This document shows positions 26,507 through 35,482 of a stretch of DNA of 41,559 nucleotides, one piece after another. Position 1 is the stretch's first letter; each line of letters starts with the position of its first letter. Where the stretch lies: positions 1 to 41,559 of the forward strand of contig JBGSTX010000095.1 in assembly GCA_041736305.1 (NCBI GenBank), read 5' to 3'. The position numbers were made by a program, and so were the translations under genes. The stretch is from Oligoflexus sp. GTDB taxonomy: Bacteria > Bdellovibrionota_B > Oligoflexia > Oligoflexales > Oligoflexaceae. Below the pieces are notes generated by a model, which was not told the DNA's origin, did not search any database, and saw only the letters and a program-made list of their open reading frames with translations.

Positions 26507-27535
26507 TTAGCTGGCAGATTTGCTAGGCTGCGGTATCTGAGCGCGGGGCACGAGGCGAAGCATATCGAACTCCATGCCATCGTAAGCTAGCAAAATGTCG
26601 GGTCCGCGTTCCTGCTGCAGCGCTTCCCATACTTCCTTGTAATAGGGGAGCTGCTTCTTGCTGTGCAAGCGCGCCTGCTCCAGCATTCTCTCTTCTTTCA
26701 ATTCGTTAGAACGTGGATCATGGTGAGTCATTACAATATTCCGAATGCCTTCCCGGATCGCGAGATCGACACCGATCTGAGGGCTACAGTGACCCCAGTC
26801 GTATCGACTGGCAAGTTCGTTCATCTCGTACTGACCATCGAAAATTAAGAGATCGAGATTTTGGTAGTAAGGAAGGTCTTTGCCCAGGGCTTCTGGTGTA
26901 ATCCGCTTGTATTCACCATCGACGCCGATGGCCATGGAGTAGCCAGCGGCATCGAAGCGATAGCCAAAAGACCCGCCTGGGTGATCTAAGGCAAACGGAG
27001 ACACGACTAGATCGTCGAAGTGCAGCTTTTCGTAAATTTTTATTTTCCGGAATTCAATGGTGGCGCCCAGCTCTTCCCATTTCACAGGAAAATTGATGCC
27101 GTTGAACTGTATGCGAATATACTCAGGGGCATGAGGATGGACGTGATAAATGACGAGCTTGTTCCCGGGAATATAGACAGGAACGAAGAAAGGGAGACCC
27201 ATGATATGATCCCAGTGGAGATGGGTCATGAAAATCGTGAATTCAGTACGCCCTTGCGACATAACATCGGCTGAGGATTCGGCCAGACCGGTTCCCATGT
27301 CGACAAAAAAGCGATGATTCTTGTAGATAACTTCATTGCAAGTCGTGTTGCCGCCGTAAACCAGAGGGCTACCGAGACTCCCATCTTCGAGGGCGTGACG
27401 GAACTGGTTAATCGTAGTGTGCCCGGCTTTTTCAGCTCTTTTTGCATAAATATCAACGAGCTGTAAAAAGCTCTGCTGCGTCATGGCCCTAGGAAGCGAG
27501 CCACGGGTTCCCCACATACGTAATTTCACAGGCAC
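26507..27535 (-). CDS. Metallo-beta-lactamase-fold hydrolase (phosphodiesterase/RNase Z-like subgroup)
   Basis: WGTRGSLP, YGGNTTC, THLHWDHIMGLPFF, HPGG..GYR, DGQY, WGH, THHDP. Confidence 0.88.
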   Translation of the reverse strand: MPVKLRMWGTRGSLPRAMTQQSFLQLVDIYAKRAEKAGHTTINQFRHALEDGSLGSPLVYGGNTTCNEVIYKNHRFFVDMGTGLAESSADVMSQGRTEFTIFMTHLHWDHIMGLPFFVPVYIPGNKLVIYHVHPHAPEYIRIQFNGINFPVKWEELGATIEFRKIKIYEKLHFDDLVVSPFALDHPGGSFGYRFDAAGYSMAIGVDGEYKRITPEALGKDLPYYQNLDLLIFDGQYEMNELASRYDWGHCSPQIGVDLAIREGIRNIVMTHHDPRSNELKEERMLEQARLHSKKQLPYYKEVWEALQQERGPDILLAYDGMEFDMLRLVPRAQIPQPSKSAS

Positions 27536-27805
27536 CCTCTTTGTATAATGCTCTACGAATAGCTTAACAAAATGATGATCTGTCGACTAGATGCAGGCAA
27601 TATGACTCTTTTTAAAGACAGTCTGAAGAATTGAGTGGTGTCGGACACTAATAGGCCTTAGGTGCTCAGTCCAATTGGTATAAAAGCCAGCAGTTTCTTA
27701 TGGAATTTAGTCCCGAACTTTGCTAATGCTACCGTCCTCGTCAAACGAGACAGGGCCGCTCCTCGGGCGGTTGGAAGAAGTTTCATTGGATTAAGTGGAG
27801 TGAGC

Positions 27806-28081
27806 ATGCTGACCGTTCGTCTTCAGCGTCATGGCGCCAAACACAGGCCTTTTTATCATATAGTCGCAACCGATTCACGCAATGCCCGCGACGGTCGTTT
27901 CATCGAGAAGCTCGGCTACTACGATCCTCTGAATGAACCGTCGATCATCGAATTGAAGGTTGAGCGCATCAGCTACTGGTACGAGCGTGGAGCAAAGCTT
28001 TCCGAAGCTATGGCAGCTATCTTGGCCACTAAAAAGATCAAGCTGGAACGCGCTAAGACTCACAAGCCAGCGGCCAAGTAG
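27806..28081 (+). CDS. rpsP: 30S ribosomal protein S16
   Basis: MLTVRLQRHGAKHRPFYHIVATDSRNARDGRFIEKLGYYDP; GGAG RBS before ATG 27806. Confidence 0.96.
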   Translation: MLTVRLQRHGAKHRPFYHIVATDSRNARDGRFIEKLGYYDPLNEPSIIELKVERISYWYERGAKLSEAMAAILATKKIKLERAKTHKPAAK

Positions 28082-28092
28082 TCTTAGACTAG

Positions 28093-28626
28093 ATGAACGC
28101 TTGGATTCAGCTCGGCATCGTTGGGAAGGCTCATGGCCTCAACGGTGCGTTTTTTATTTCTCAACGCGACGAAGCTCTACCTCCACAGCTTAAAAATGTC
28201 TCGATCGGACCTGATCCTGAACGGGCTCCCTCTTTTCTCGTCGACTTCTGCCGCATGCAGAGCGATCGCCCTCTTTTGCAGTGCCAGTCTCTCAGGAGCA
28301 GAGAAGCTGCCGAAAGCCTTTTGCTGCAGCCTATCTGGTGCAGACGTGAGGCTATTGCCATCGACGAGGGAGCCGAATATCTCTGGGGTGATCTGATCGG
28401 CAAAGAAGTACTCGATATAAATGGTGCCAGGCTCGGTAAGATTTTAGAGATAGGGAATTTTGGGGCGAGCGATCTCGTTCGGATCGTCGAGCAAAGCGAG
28501 GGGCAAAAGCCCCGTTATCTCGAACTGCCCTTCGTCGCTAGCTACTTCGACATGAGCTTTCGCAGCAGCGATAGAGTGCTACGCCTAGTCGTGAATAAAG
28601 ACCTTTTTGACGATATTTGGACTTAG
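28093..28626 (+). CDS. rimM: Ribosome maturation factor RimM
   Basis: LGIVGKAHGLNG, SREAAESL, EY.W.DLIG..V, GASDLV, LPFV; lies between rpsP and trmD. Confidence 0.9.
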   Translation: MNAWIQLGIVGKAHGLNGAFFISQRDEALPPQLKNVSIGPDPERAPSFLVDFCRMQSDRPLLQCQSLRSREAAESLLLQPIWCRREAIAIDEGAEYLWGDLIGKEVLDINGARLGKILEIGNFGASDLVRIVEQSEGQKPRYLELPFVASYFDMSFRSSDRVLRLVVNKDLFDDIWT

Positions 28627-28634
28627 GTGAGACT

Positions 28635-29318
28635 ATGCGGCATCTGGCTTTTATCAGCGTGCATCCCACTTTCATAGAGGCTTACAGCCGTTTTGGAGTC
28701 TTTCGTTCGGCCGCGCAGCGAGGTATTTCTCTGCATGCGGTCAACCTCCGAGACTATGCTGTCGATAAGCACGGCACGGTTGATGAGACTCCTTTCGGAG
28801 GGGGTGACGGAATGGTGCTGCGCCCGGAGCCTATGGCCGCCGCTTTGGAAGCTCTACCGTTTCAAGGGCGCGTGATCCTCACCAGCCCCAGTGGACGCAG
28901 CTGGACGCAAAAAGATGCCAACAATTATGCAGCAAGCGGCGAAAACCTGATATTTATTGCAGGGCGTTTTGCTGGAGTCGATCAGCGCTTGATCGACCGC
29001 TATGTTCATGACGAGGTTTCGATAGGTGACTTCGTTGTCTCAGGCGGTGAATTGCCGAGCCTACTCCTGGCTGATAGCATACTTCGACAGATCGACGGCG
29101 TGCTGGGTAATAAGTTGAGCGCGCACTGCGATTCCTTCGGCGAAGGCATGGCAGGTCTGCTCGAATATCCTCTCTATACCAGGCCTCTCGAATTTCAGGG
29201 CCTCACCGTGCCTGAGATCCTCCTTTCTGGCGATCATAAGAAAATTGAAATATGGCGGCGTGAAGAAGCTCTCAAACGGACTAGAGATCGCCGACCCGAT
29301 CTGCTCTCGAAGCCTTAA
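28635..29318 (+). CDS. trmD: tRNA (guanine-N1)-methyltransferase
   Basis: VDETPFGGGDGMVLRPEP, GRFAGVDQR, SIGDFVVSGGELP, LLEYPLYTRP, VPEILLSGDH. Confidence 0.96.
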   Translation: MRHLAFISVHPTFIEAYSRFGVFRSAAQRGISLHAVNLRDYAVDKHGTVDETPFGGGDGMVLRPEPMAAALEALPFQGRVILTSPSGRSWTQKDANNYAASGENLIFIAGRFAGVDQRLIDRYVHDEVSIGDFVVSGGELPSLLLADSILRQIDGVLGNKLSAHCDSFGEGMAGLLEYPLYTRPLEFQGLTVPEILLSGDHKKIEIWRREEALKRTRDRRPDLLSKP

Positions 29319-29330
29319 AAATTCAGCTCA

Positions 29331-30704
29331 CTAAGCGTCTTGCGCAGCTTGCCAACGCTTCAGTATGAGCGAGCGGTGACGGGAGCTTCGACCTTTTTCC
29401 TGCAGAGTTCTATCGAGCAATCTGAGCAATTCGGGAATTTTTTCGAGCTCGCGGCTCGCCTCTCGCGTTGGAACTTCCATTGCCTCATGCATTCTATTCA
29501 AGAGACTTTGCCTCAGGTCTGGGTCGGAGATTTGTGCAGGCCACAGAGCCCCGATACGACTCAGGCGTTGGATACTCGCGAGCGGAATATCCTTAAGCCG
29601 AAAGTCGAGAGCTGGGTCCTGTCTGCCCGCGAGAGTCCTGAGAAAAGCCCGCCATAGGCTCATTTTTAAGGGCAGTCCAAGCCTCGCCGTTTCTTCGAAT
29701 AACCCCCAAAAGGTCGGTGGCCCACAGCGATATAGATTCCAGGGCAGCGCCAGCGGCTTCCTTACATGCGAAGCCGTCGCAGGCGAAGGGGCCTTCACAC
29801 AGAAGAGTTCGAGATTATTCTCAAAGCGCCCGTCGGCAGCTCTCTCTTCCAGTTCCGATAATTTGGGCGGGTTGAAGAGAGGTGAAGTCAAATCATCGAG
29901 CTCAGCGTAGCGGTCGAAGAGCCCTATTGCTCGCAGCCCGGCCGCTTCAATTGCGTCCCACCAGAATGCGAAGGAAAGCCTCGCCTCTCGCGCATGGAGA
30001 AAGGTGTCGACGAGGCGTGTATCGTGAGCGAGGACCGAAGATCGAAGAGGCTGTAATTTAGTTCTCAATGAGGGAATTTCGGCGATAAAAAGTTCAAGAA
30101 AGCGACGCGTGAGCCGCAGATCCTCGCGGCGATGACGATCGATACCGAGCAGCTGGAAGCTGTGCTGTAGATGCTGGATCCACTCGCGCGCGGGACTATT
30201 ATAGACCATGAGCCGAAGACTTGCCCCAGGCAGCATGCCCTGCGCGATGCGGGCGAGCAGCGAGCTGGGATTTGCCGTGTGATGCAGGACCCCATAGGCA
30301 TCGACATGAGAATAGCGGGCTTGCGAGAGCCAAGGCGTCTCTTCAAGAGCTCCCTGAGAGAAATTCATGCGTCGGAGACTGAGAGCTACGCGCAGGCGAG
30401 CGCGGCTGATGTTTCGCGTTGAGAGATCGATGGCATCGACGCGGTGGGATCGAGGTTCCCAGCGAGCCAGCAGCGAAGGGAACATATCACCACAGCCGGC
30501 AATGAGAATTCGGGCTTCAGGATAGAGGTCGAGAGCTGGCGTGATACCTTGCTCGCGGAGCAGTTGCGTAGCAAACAAGGCAGTACTCGCATAAGCTTCT
30601 TGCTGACGGATCGGGAGAAAAAGGCTGTAGTGGGGGAAAGGGTGGAGTTCATACTGCTTTCGCACTTCGTCTAAAATCGGCAGCCCCAGCGTCGAATGCA
30701 GCAC
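29331..30704 (-). CDS. Class I SAM-dependent methyltransferase-like protein
   Basis: VRKQYELHPFP, ILIAGCG, AIDLS, YGVLHHTANP, LMVY, DTFLH. Probable GTG start at 30704 after GAGGAG. Confidence 0.75.
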   Translation of the reverse strand: MLHSTLGLPILDEVRKQYELHPFPHYSLFLPIRQQEAYASTALFATQLLREQGITPALDLYPEARILIAGCGDMFPSLLARWEPRSHRVDAIDLSTRNISRARLRVALSLRRMNFSQGALEETPWLSQARYSHVDAYGVLHHTANPSSLLARIAQGMLPGASLRLMVYNSPAREWIQHLQHSFQLLGIDRHRREDLRLTRRFLELFIAEIPSLRTKLQPLRSSVLAHDTRLVDTFLHAREARLSFAFWWDAIEAAGLRAIGLFDRYAELDDLTSPLFNPPKLSELEERAADGRFENNLELFCVKAPSPATASHVRKPLALPWNLYRCGPPTFWGLFEETARLGLPLKMSLWRAFLRTLAGRQDPALDFRLKDIPLASIQRLSRIGALWPAQISDPDLRQSLLNRMHEAMEVPTREASRELEKIPELLRLLDRTLQEKGRSSRHRSLILKRWQAAQDA

Positions 30705-30708
30705 GACC

Positions 30709-31857
30709 TCACTCCTCAAGTTCGACCCGACCTAGGAAACGAAGCTGACCACCTGCAGCTATCATAAACGGAGCTGGTCGGAGATAGACGCGGTCGGGAG
30801 CAAAATGTCCCGCTCCATAGATTCCAGCGAAGTGGGCACCTTCGAGGGCTTTGGCAAGGGCTGAGTGATCGCTGGAACGGGTCATCGTATAAGCCTGCAG
30901 TACCGCGCGAATTGCTTCGTAACCGTGCGCTGCTATCAAGTCGGGCTTGTGGCCGGCAAAGGCCTCAAAATCAGCAACAAAGCTTTGGACGCTTTCGTGC
31001 GGATCGTCCTTGTGAAAATAGCTGAAGAAATAATGGGAGCCAAGGTCCGTTCTGCCTTTGAGCAAGGAGGGATGATCCCAACCATCCCCGCCTAGCCAGA
31101 CCGCTTTGAGACCTATGGACTTAGCCGCCTCGATGAGAGGTAGGACCGTTCGATAAGATCCCGGAAAAGCTATGACTTCAGGTGCAGTCTTCGCCACTTC
31201 TTCTACTAAGGTGCGGGGCTCAGTCTTGCCGGCTTCGAAGAGCCACTGGCCGAGAACCTGGCCGCCGCCTTTGGGAAAAGCTTCAGCGAATCCCTTCGCG
31301 ATCATCTCACTGTCGGGGGCCGAGCTGTCGCTAATGATCACGGCTTTAGTTCTGCGGAGCTGCCGCAGAGTAAATCGAGATAGCATCTCGCCTTGCCGGC
31401 GATCGCTAGGGGTGAGACTGAAGGTATTAGAATCGCTGAGCAGACTTTCGTCCGTGCCCTGCGGCAGGAGGAGCAGTGTAGAGTTCTTGCTCGTCACAGC
31501 TCCTATACTCTGGTTGATCACATTGCTGATGGAGCCGATGATGATGTGCACCTTCTGCACAGAGATCAGACGATCGGCTGCTTTCTCCGCTTGACTCGAA
31601 AGCCCGCCGTCGTCGGCGACGATGACTCCGATGCGCGATCCTACCTGGGGATTCTCCTCGCGAAATTTCTGCAGTCCAAAGCGGACTCCTTCTGATAGCG
31701 ACTGCCCATAAGCTGCCAAAGGTCCAGTCCTAGGATAGATCAGACCGACTTTGAATTGTGGGTCTTTCGGCATGCGAGCTGTCTGCGGCAGGGCCACGGC
31801 CAGGCTGCAATAGAGTAACGAGAAAAGTACTGTTAGAAGACTATTCCGCACTTTCAC
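30709..31857 (-). CDS. LivK-like branched-chain amino acid-type periplasmic binding protein
   Basis: KVGLIYPRTGPLAAYG, V.II.GS..S, WLGGDGWD, AAHGYEA; signal peptide. Confidence 0.85.
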   Translation of the reverse strand: MKVRNSLLTVLFSLLYCSLAVALPQTARMPKDPQFKVGLIYPRTGPLAAYGQSLSEGVRFGLQKFREENPQVGSRIGVIVADDGGLSSQAEKAADRLISVQKVHIIIGSISNVINQSIGAVTSKNSTLLLLPQGTDESLLSDSNTFSLTPSDRRQGEMLSRFTLRQLRRTKAVIISDSSAPDSEMIAKGFAEAFPKGGGQVLGQWLFEAGKTEPRTLVEEVAKTAPEVIAFPGSYRTVLPLIEAAKSIGLKAVWLGGDGWDHPSLLKGRTDLGSHYFFSYFHKDDPHESVQSFVADFEAFAGHKPDLIAAHGYEAIRAVLQAYTMTRSSDHSALAKALEGAHFAGIYGAGHFAPDRVYLRPAPFMIAAGGQLRFLGRVELEE

Positions 31858-31973
31858 AAGTCTCCCTTTTCTGGCAACGTGAGGGCAGGTCCCTGCATAT
31901 AGTCCAGGCTACCTGCAATTAGAGCTAGAAAAAAGGCCCATTTATCTTGTCAGTATGAATAGGTCACATTAGC

Positions 31974-32612
31974 ATGAATTCGACTAGCGTACCAAGCCCG
32001 TCTGCGGGTGATGTTCCTTGGCAAGAATTATGGAGAACGGGACAAACTCCCTGGGATCAGGGAGCGGCCCATCACGAGCTTCGACGACTTTTGCAGCATG
32101 CCGTGCTCGAAGGCGGATTGAAGGCTGGACGACCTATATTTTCCGGAGGCTGCGGCCGCGCTCACAGCGAGGCAGCTCTAGCCCTTGTAGGTTATCCCCT
32201 CACAGCCGTCGACCTCGTCCCAGAAGCTATAGAAGAAGCCACTAAACTTTACGGGCAGGTCCCGGGACTAAGTCTTCGCGCGGGTGATGCTAAGGTGCTG
32301 CAACCCGGCGAACACGGGCATTATGCAGCTATTTTTGATAGGGCTATGCTTTGTGCTCTGCCACCTGCTGATAGAAATTCCTATATAGAAGCGTCAAAGG
32401 CCAGGCTAGCCCCAGGCGGACTCTGGATGGGAATACTCTTCAGGGAAGTAGCAAGCGAAGAAGGCCCGCCCTTTGCGATCAACGAGCGCACCGCGAGCGA
32501 ATTATTTTCTGAAGATTTTGATCTCTGCTTCGCTGGAGCTTCCGAGCCTACCCCAGCGATGCGAGCTGGAGTCCAGGAATGGCTCTGCATCTGGCGATTG
32601 AGAGAAACTTGA
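31974..32612 (+). CDS. Thiopurine S-methyltransferase/TehB-like methyltransferase
   Basis: W..GQTPWD.G, GCGR, AVDL, IFDRAMLCALPP..R..Y, GPPF. Confidence 0.85.
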   Translation: MNSTSVPSPSAGDVPWQELWRTGQTPWDQGAAHHELRRLLQHAVLEGGLKAGRPIFSGGCGRAHSEAALALVGYPLTAVDLVPEAIEEATKLYGQVPGLSLRAGDAKVLQPGEHGHYAAIFDRAMLCALPPADRNSYIEASKARLAPGGLWMGILFREVASEEGPPFAINERTASELFSEDFDLCFAGASEPTPAMRAGVQEWLCIWRLRET

Positions 32613-32631
32613 GCAGCGAGGAGCGATTAGA

Positions 32632-34596
32632 GTGCCAGCGAAGAAGGCGAAAGCTGAGGGAAGCGGTGAAATCAGCGAGTTGAACCGAACGGCCCAACTG
32701 GCTGCTGTGATTATGCATCACAAGCGACTCTACTACGCCGGCAAGCCTGAAATCTCCGATGCTGCCTATGATAAGCTCGAGCAGGAGCTGCGCTCGCTCG
32801 ATCCTCAGCATCCTGCCCTCCAGTTCGTCGGTACCGAAGCGACGAGTAGCAGCCGTCGTGTATCTCACGATAAGCCCATGCTCTCGCTTAACAAAACCTA
32901 CAAGGTTGAAGATCTCATTGCCTGGATGGGCAAAGAAAAAATAGTTGGTAGTCCTAAGGTAGACGGCAACAGTCTCAGCTTGATCTATGAAAAAGGTGTG
33001 CTGACTATTGCCAAGACGCGTGGCGACGGGCGCGTGGGTGAGGACGTCACCGATAAAGTCCGCTGGATAGCGGAGTGTCCACCGCGACTCGACCAGCCGA
33101 TCTCCTGCGAGATTCGGGGAGAAGTCTATTGCTCTACGCATGCCTTTGCGGGCCTGGTGGAGGAAATGCTCAAACGTGGTCTCGAGCGTCCGACCAATCC
33201 CCGGAATATTGTGGCAGGAATGCTGGGACGCAAGGTCCACTTCGACCTTTGTCATTTCTTTCAATTTTTTGCGTTTGATGCACTAGGGGCGGAAGTCGAT
33301 AAGGCCAGCCAGACCGAAACTGAAAAATACGCTTGGTTGGCCAAACGAGGCTTCAAGGTGCTTCCCCATAAACTCGTCGACGATGAAACCGGAGTCCAAG
33401 ATTTCTTGGAGGATATGCGCCGCAGGATGGCTGAAGATGAAATAGCGTACGATGGTGCGGTCTTCGCCTATGAGCGGCTCGCCCTGCATCAGCAGCTGGG
33501 CAATACTTCGCATCACCCGCGTTACAAGCTCTCGTTTAAGTGGCCAGGTCAAACGGCAGAAGCTGATATTGAGCGGATTGAATGGGCTACTTCGCGTCTC
33601 GGTATCATCACGCCTGTGGCCGTGGTGAAGCCTGTTTATCTCAGCGGTGCGACTATCACCAATATCACCTTGCATAATGCCGAACACGTCAGCGCCTATA
33701 ATCTAAAGGCGGGGGATAAGATCGAAATCATTCGATCGGGCGAGGTAATTCCCAAGTTCTTGCAAGTCTTGGTGCCGGCGCCGGGAAGCTATGTCTGGCC
33801 AAAGCAATGTCCTTCCTGTCTGACGATACTTGAGTTCGATGGGGTCAGGCTGAAATGCCCGAATGGGAGCGCATGCCCAGCCCAGCGCAGCGGCTTCATT
33901 CTCAATTGGATTCGAGCGGCCGAAATTGAAGATCTTTCCGATAAACGTCTCGAGCAGATTGTGCAGGCCGCTTTGGTGGAAGATGTGAGCGACCTCTACC
34001 GCCTTAAGGTCGAGGACTTTCTCAAGTTGCCAGCGACCAAAGAAAAGATGGCTCAAAAACTCTTTGACAATATCCAAAGCAGTCGCAATCTGACTCTGGC
34101 GCAATTTCTCAATGGAATGGGAATCGAAGGCGCTGGCCTCCGAACCTGGGAGAAGTTAGTCGAACATTTTCACAATTTGGACGCCATCCTTGCTGCTGAT
34201 CAGGCTTCGATAGAAGAGATAGACGGATTCGCGGCAAAGTCGGCTGAGCAAATCGTCGAAGGCTTGCGTCAGCGTCGTTCTTTGATCAAGAAATTGCTGA
34301 AGGTCGGGGTAAAACCGCGGATTCCTGAACGACGTCATGCCCCTGGTGAAGGCCCCCTAGCTGGAAAACAGTTTGTTATCACCGGAGCTCTCTCGCGCTC
34401 ACGCGAGGAAATCGAAAAGCTTATTCGAGAAGCCGGCGGGAAAGCCTCGGCTTCGGTTTCTAAGAATACCTTTGCCCTCGTGACGAATGAAGCCGATTCG
34501 AACAGCTCAAAAATGAAGAAAGCTCGGGATCTAGGCATTCCTGTCTGGACGGAAGAAAAGCTCTTAGCAGCTCTTGAAAACTCTGAAGGAGAGTAA
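32632..34596 (+). CDS. ligA: NAD-dependent DNA ligase
   Basis: YY…ISDAAYD, PMLSL, KVDG, TRGDGRVGEDVT, NPRN, DGAV, TLHN, RSGEVIP, C4 zinc finger, HhH repeats, BRCT (FVITGAL, SVSKNT). Confidence 0.96.
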   Translation: MPAKKAKAEGSGEISELNRTAQLAAVIMHHKRLYYAGKPEISDAAYDKLEQELRSLDPQHPALQFVGTEATSSSRRVSHDKPMLSLNKTYKVEDLIAWMGKEKIVGSPKVDGNSLSLIYEKGVLTIAKTRGDGRVGEDVTDKVRWIAECPPRLDQPISCEIRGEVYCSTHAFAGLVEEMLKRGLERPTNPRNIVAGMLGRKVHFDLCHFFQFFAFDALGAEVDKASQTETEKYAWLAKRGFKVLPHKLVDDETGVQDFLEDMRRRMAEDEIAYDGAVFAYERLALHQQLGNTSHHPRYKLSFKWPGQTAEADIERIEWATSRLGIITPVAVVKPVYLSGATITNITLHNAEHVSAYNLKAGDKIEIIRSGEVIPKFLQVLVPAPGSYVWPKQCPSCLTILEFDGVRLKCPNGSACPAQRSGFILNWIRAAEIEDLSDKRLEQIVQAALVEDVSDLYRLKVEDFLKLPATKEKMAQKLFDNIQSSRNLTLAQFLNGMGIEGAGLRTWEKLVEHFHNLDAILAADQASIEEIDGFAAKSAEQIVEGLRQRRSLIKKLLKVGVKPRIPERRHAPGEGPLAGKQFVITGALSRSREEIEKLIREAGGKASASVSKNTFALVTNEADSNSSKMKKARDLGIPVWTEEKLLAALENSEGE

Positions 34597-34597
34597 T

Positions 34598-35437
34598 ATG
34601 CGCAAAGTCGGCTTTCAGGGCATGCGAGGCGCTTACAGCGAGATGGCGATCTTGCAGGCTTTCGGTAGCGATGGAGCGCGGCCCTGCCCTTATCCTAGTT
34701 TTGAAGCGGTGTATTCAGCTTTGGCGGCTGGCTCAGTGCAAGATGCTCTCCTGCCCTTTGAAAATTCAGTAGCCGGAATGATCCACGAAAATTTTGACCT
34801 GCTCGATCTCTTCCCCGTCGAGATAGTAGCCGAGGAAATCCTGGAGGTGCAGCACTGTCTGCTCGTCCTCCCCTCTACAAAGATATCATCCATTCGGACC
34901 GTATTGTCTCATCCGCAGGCTCTCGCGCAGTGTGCCCGCTTTTTGAAAGATAAGGCTTGGGAAGCCCGCCCATTCTTTGATACGGCCGGGGCTGCCCAGC
35001 ACCTGGCCGAGATGCAGCCTGCTCATACGGCAGTAATCGCTAGCGCCCAGGCAGCCAAACTTTATGGTCTGACTATCGCCAGCCGCACGATAGCCGATAA
35101 ATCAGAGAATTTGACGCGTTTTCTTCACCTGCGTCGCCAGGGGAAGAGAGCATCGGCGCCCATTTCGCGGAAGGGTAGACGTACTCTCAGCACGCTGCTT
35201 CTGCGCTCCGACTTGGGCTTTAGTCGTATCATCTCTCTCAGCAGCCTCCTCCAGGGGATGGGCCTCACGCCTGTGCACTGCGAAGCACGCCCCAGCCGTG
35301 CAGGCGCCTGGAGCTACAGCTATTTTCTCGAACTCGAAGGTGGGCCCGAGCACCCTCAGTGGCAAGCTGCAATCGAAGCTGCGAAAGCACTGAGCCAAAG
35401 CGTGAAAGTACTTGGCACCTACCAGTCGAAACGCTAG
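34598..35437 (+). CDS. pheA: Monofunctional prephenate dehydratase (PDT + ACT)
   Basis: FQGMRGAYSE, PFENSVAG, SHPQALAQC, DTAGAA, NLTRF, EARP; no chorismate mutase domain. Confidence 0.9.
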   Translation: MRKVGFQGMRGAYSEMAILQAFGSDGARPCPYPSFEAVYSALAAGSVQDALLPFENSVAGMIHENFDLLDLFPVEIVAEEILEVQHCLLVLPSTKISSIRTVLSHPQALAQCARFLKDKAWEARPFFDTAGAAQHLAEMQPAHTAVIASAQAAKLYGLTIASRTIADKSENLTRFLHLRRQGKRASAPISRKGRRTLSTLLLRSDLGFSRIISLSSLLQGMGLTPVHCEARPSRAGAWSYSYFLELEGGPEHPQWQAAIEAAKALSQSVKVLGTYQSKR

Positions 35438-35482
35438 TCTTGGGGCGGTCCCCGCGGTTTTCTGAACGGAGATACAAAAAGT

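Noticed and set aside
27662-27805. 48-aa N-terminal extension of S16
   Set aside because: The canonical S16 start with a GGAG RBS is at 27806.
32935-32970. LigA motif I reads SPKVDG instead of the usual E.K.DG
   Set aside because: The catalytic KxDG and all other domains are intact, so this is likely ordinary divergence.
32548-33264. 238-aa minus-strand ORF
   Set aside because: Antisense to ligA, a typical mirror-frame artefact.
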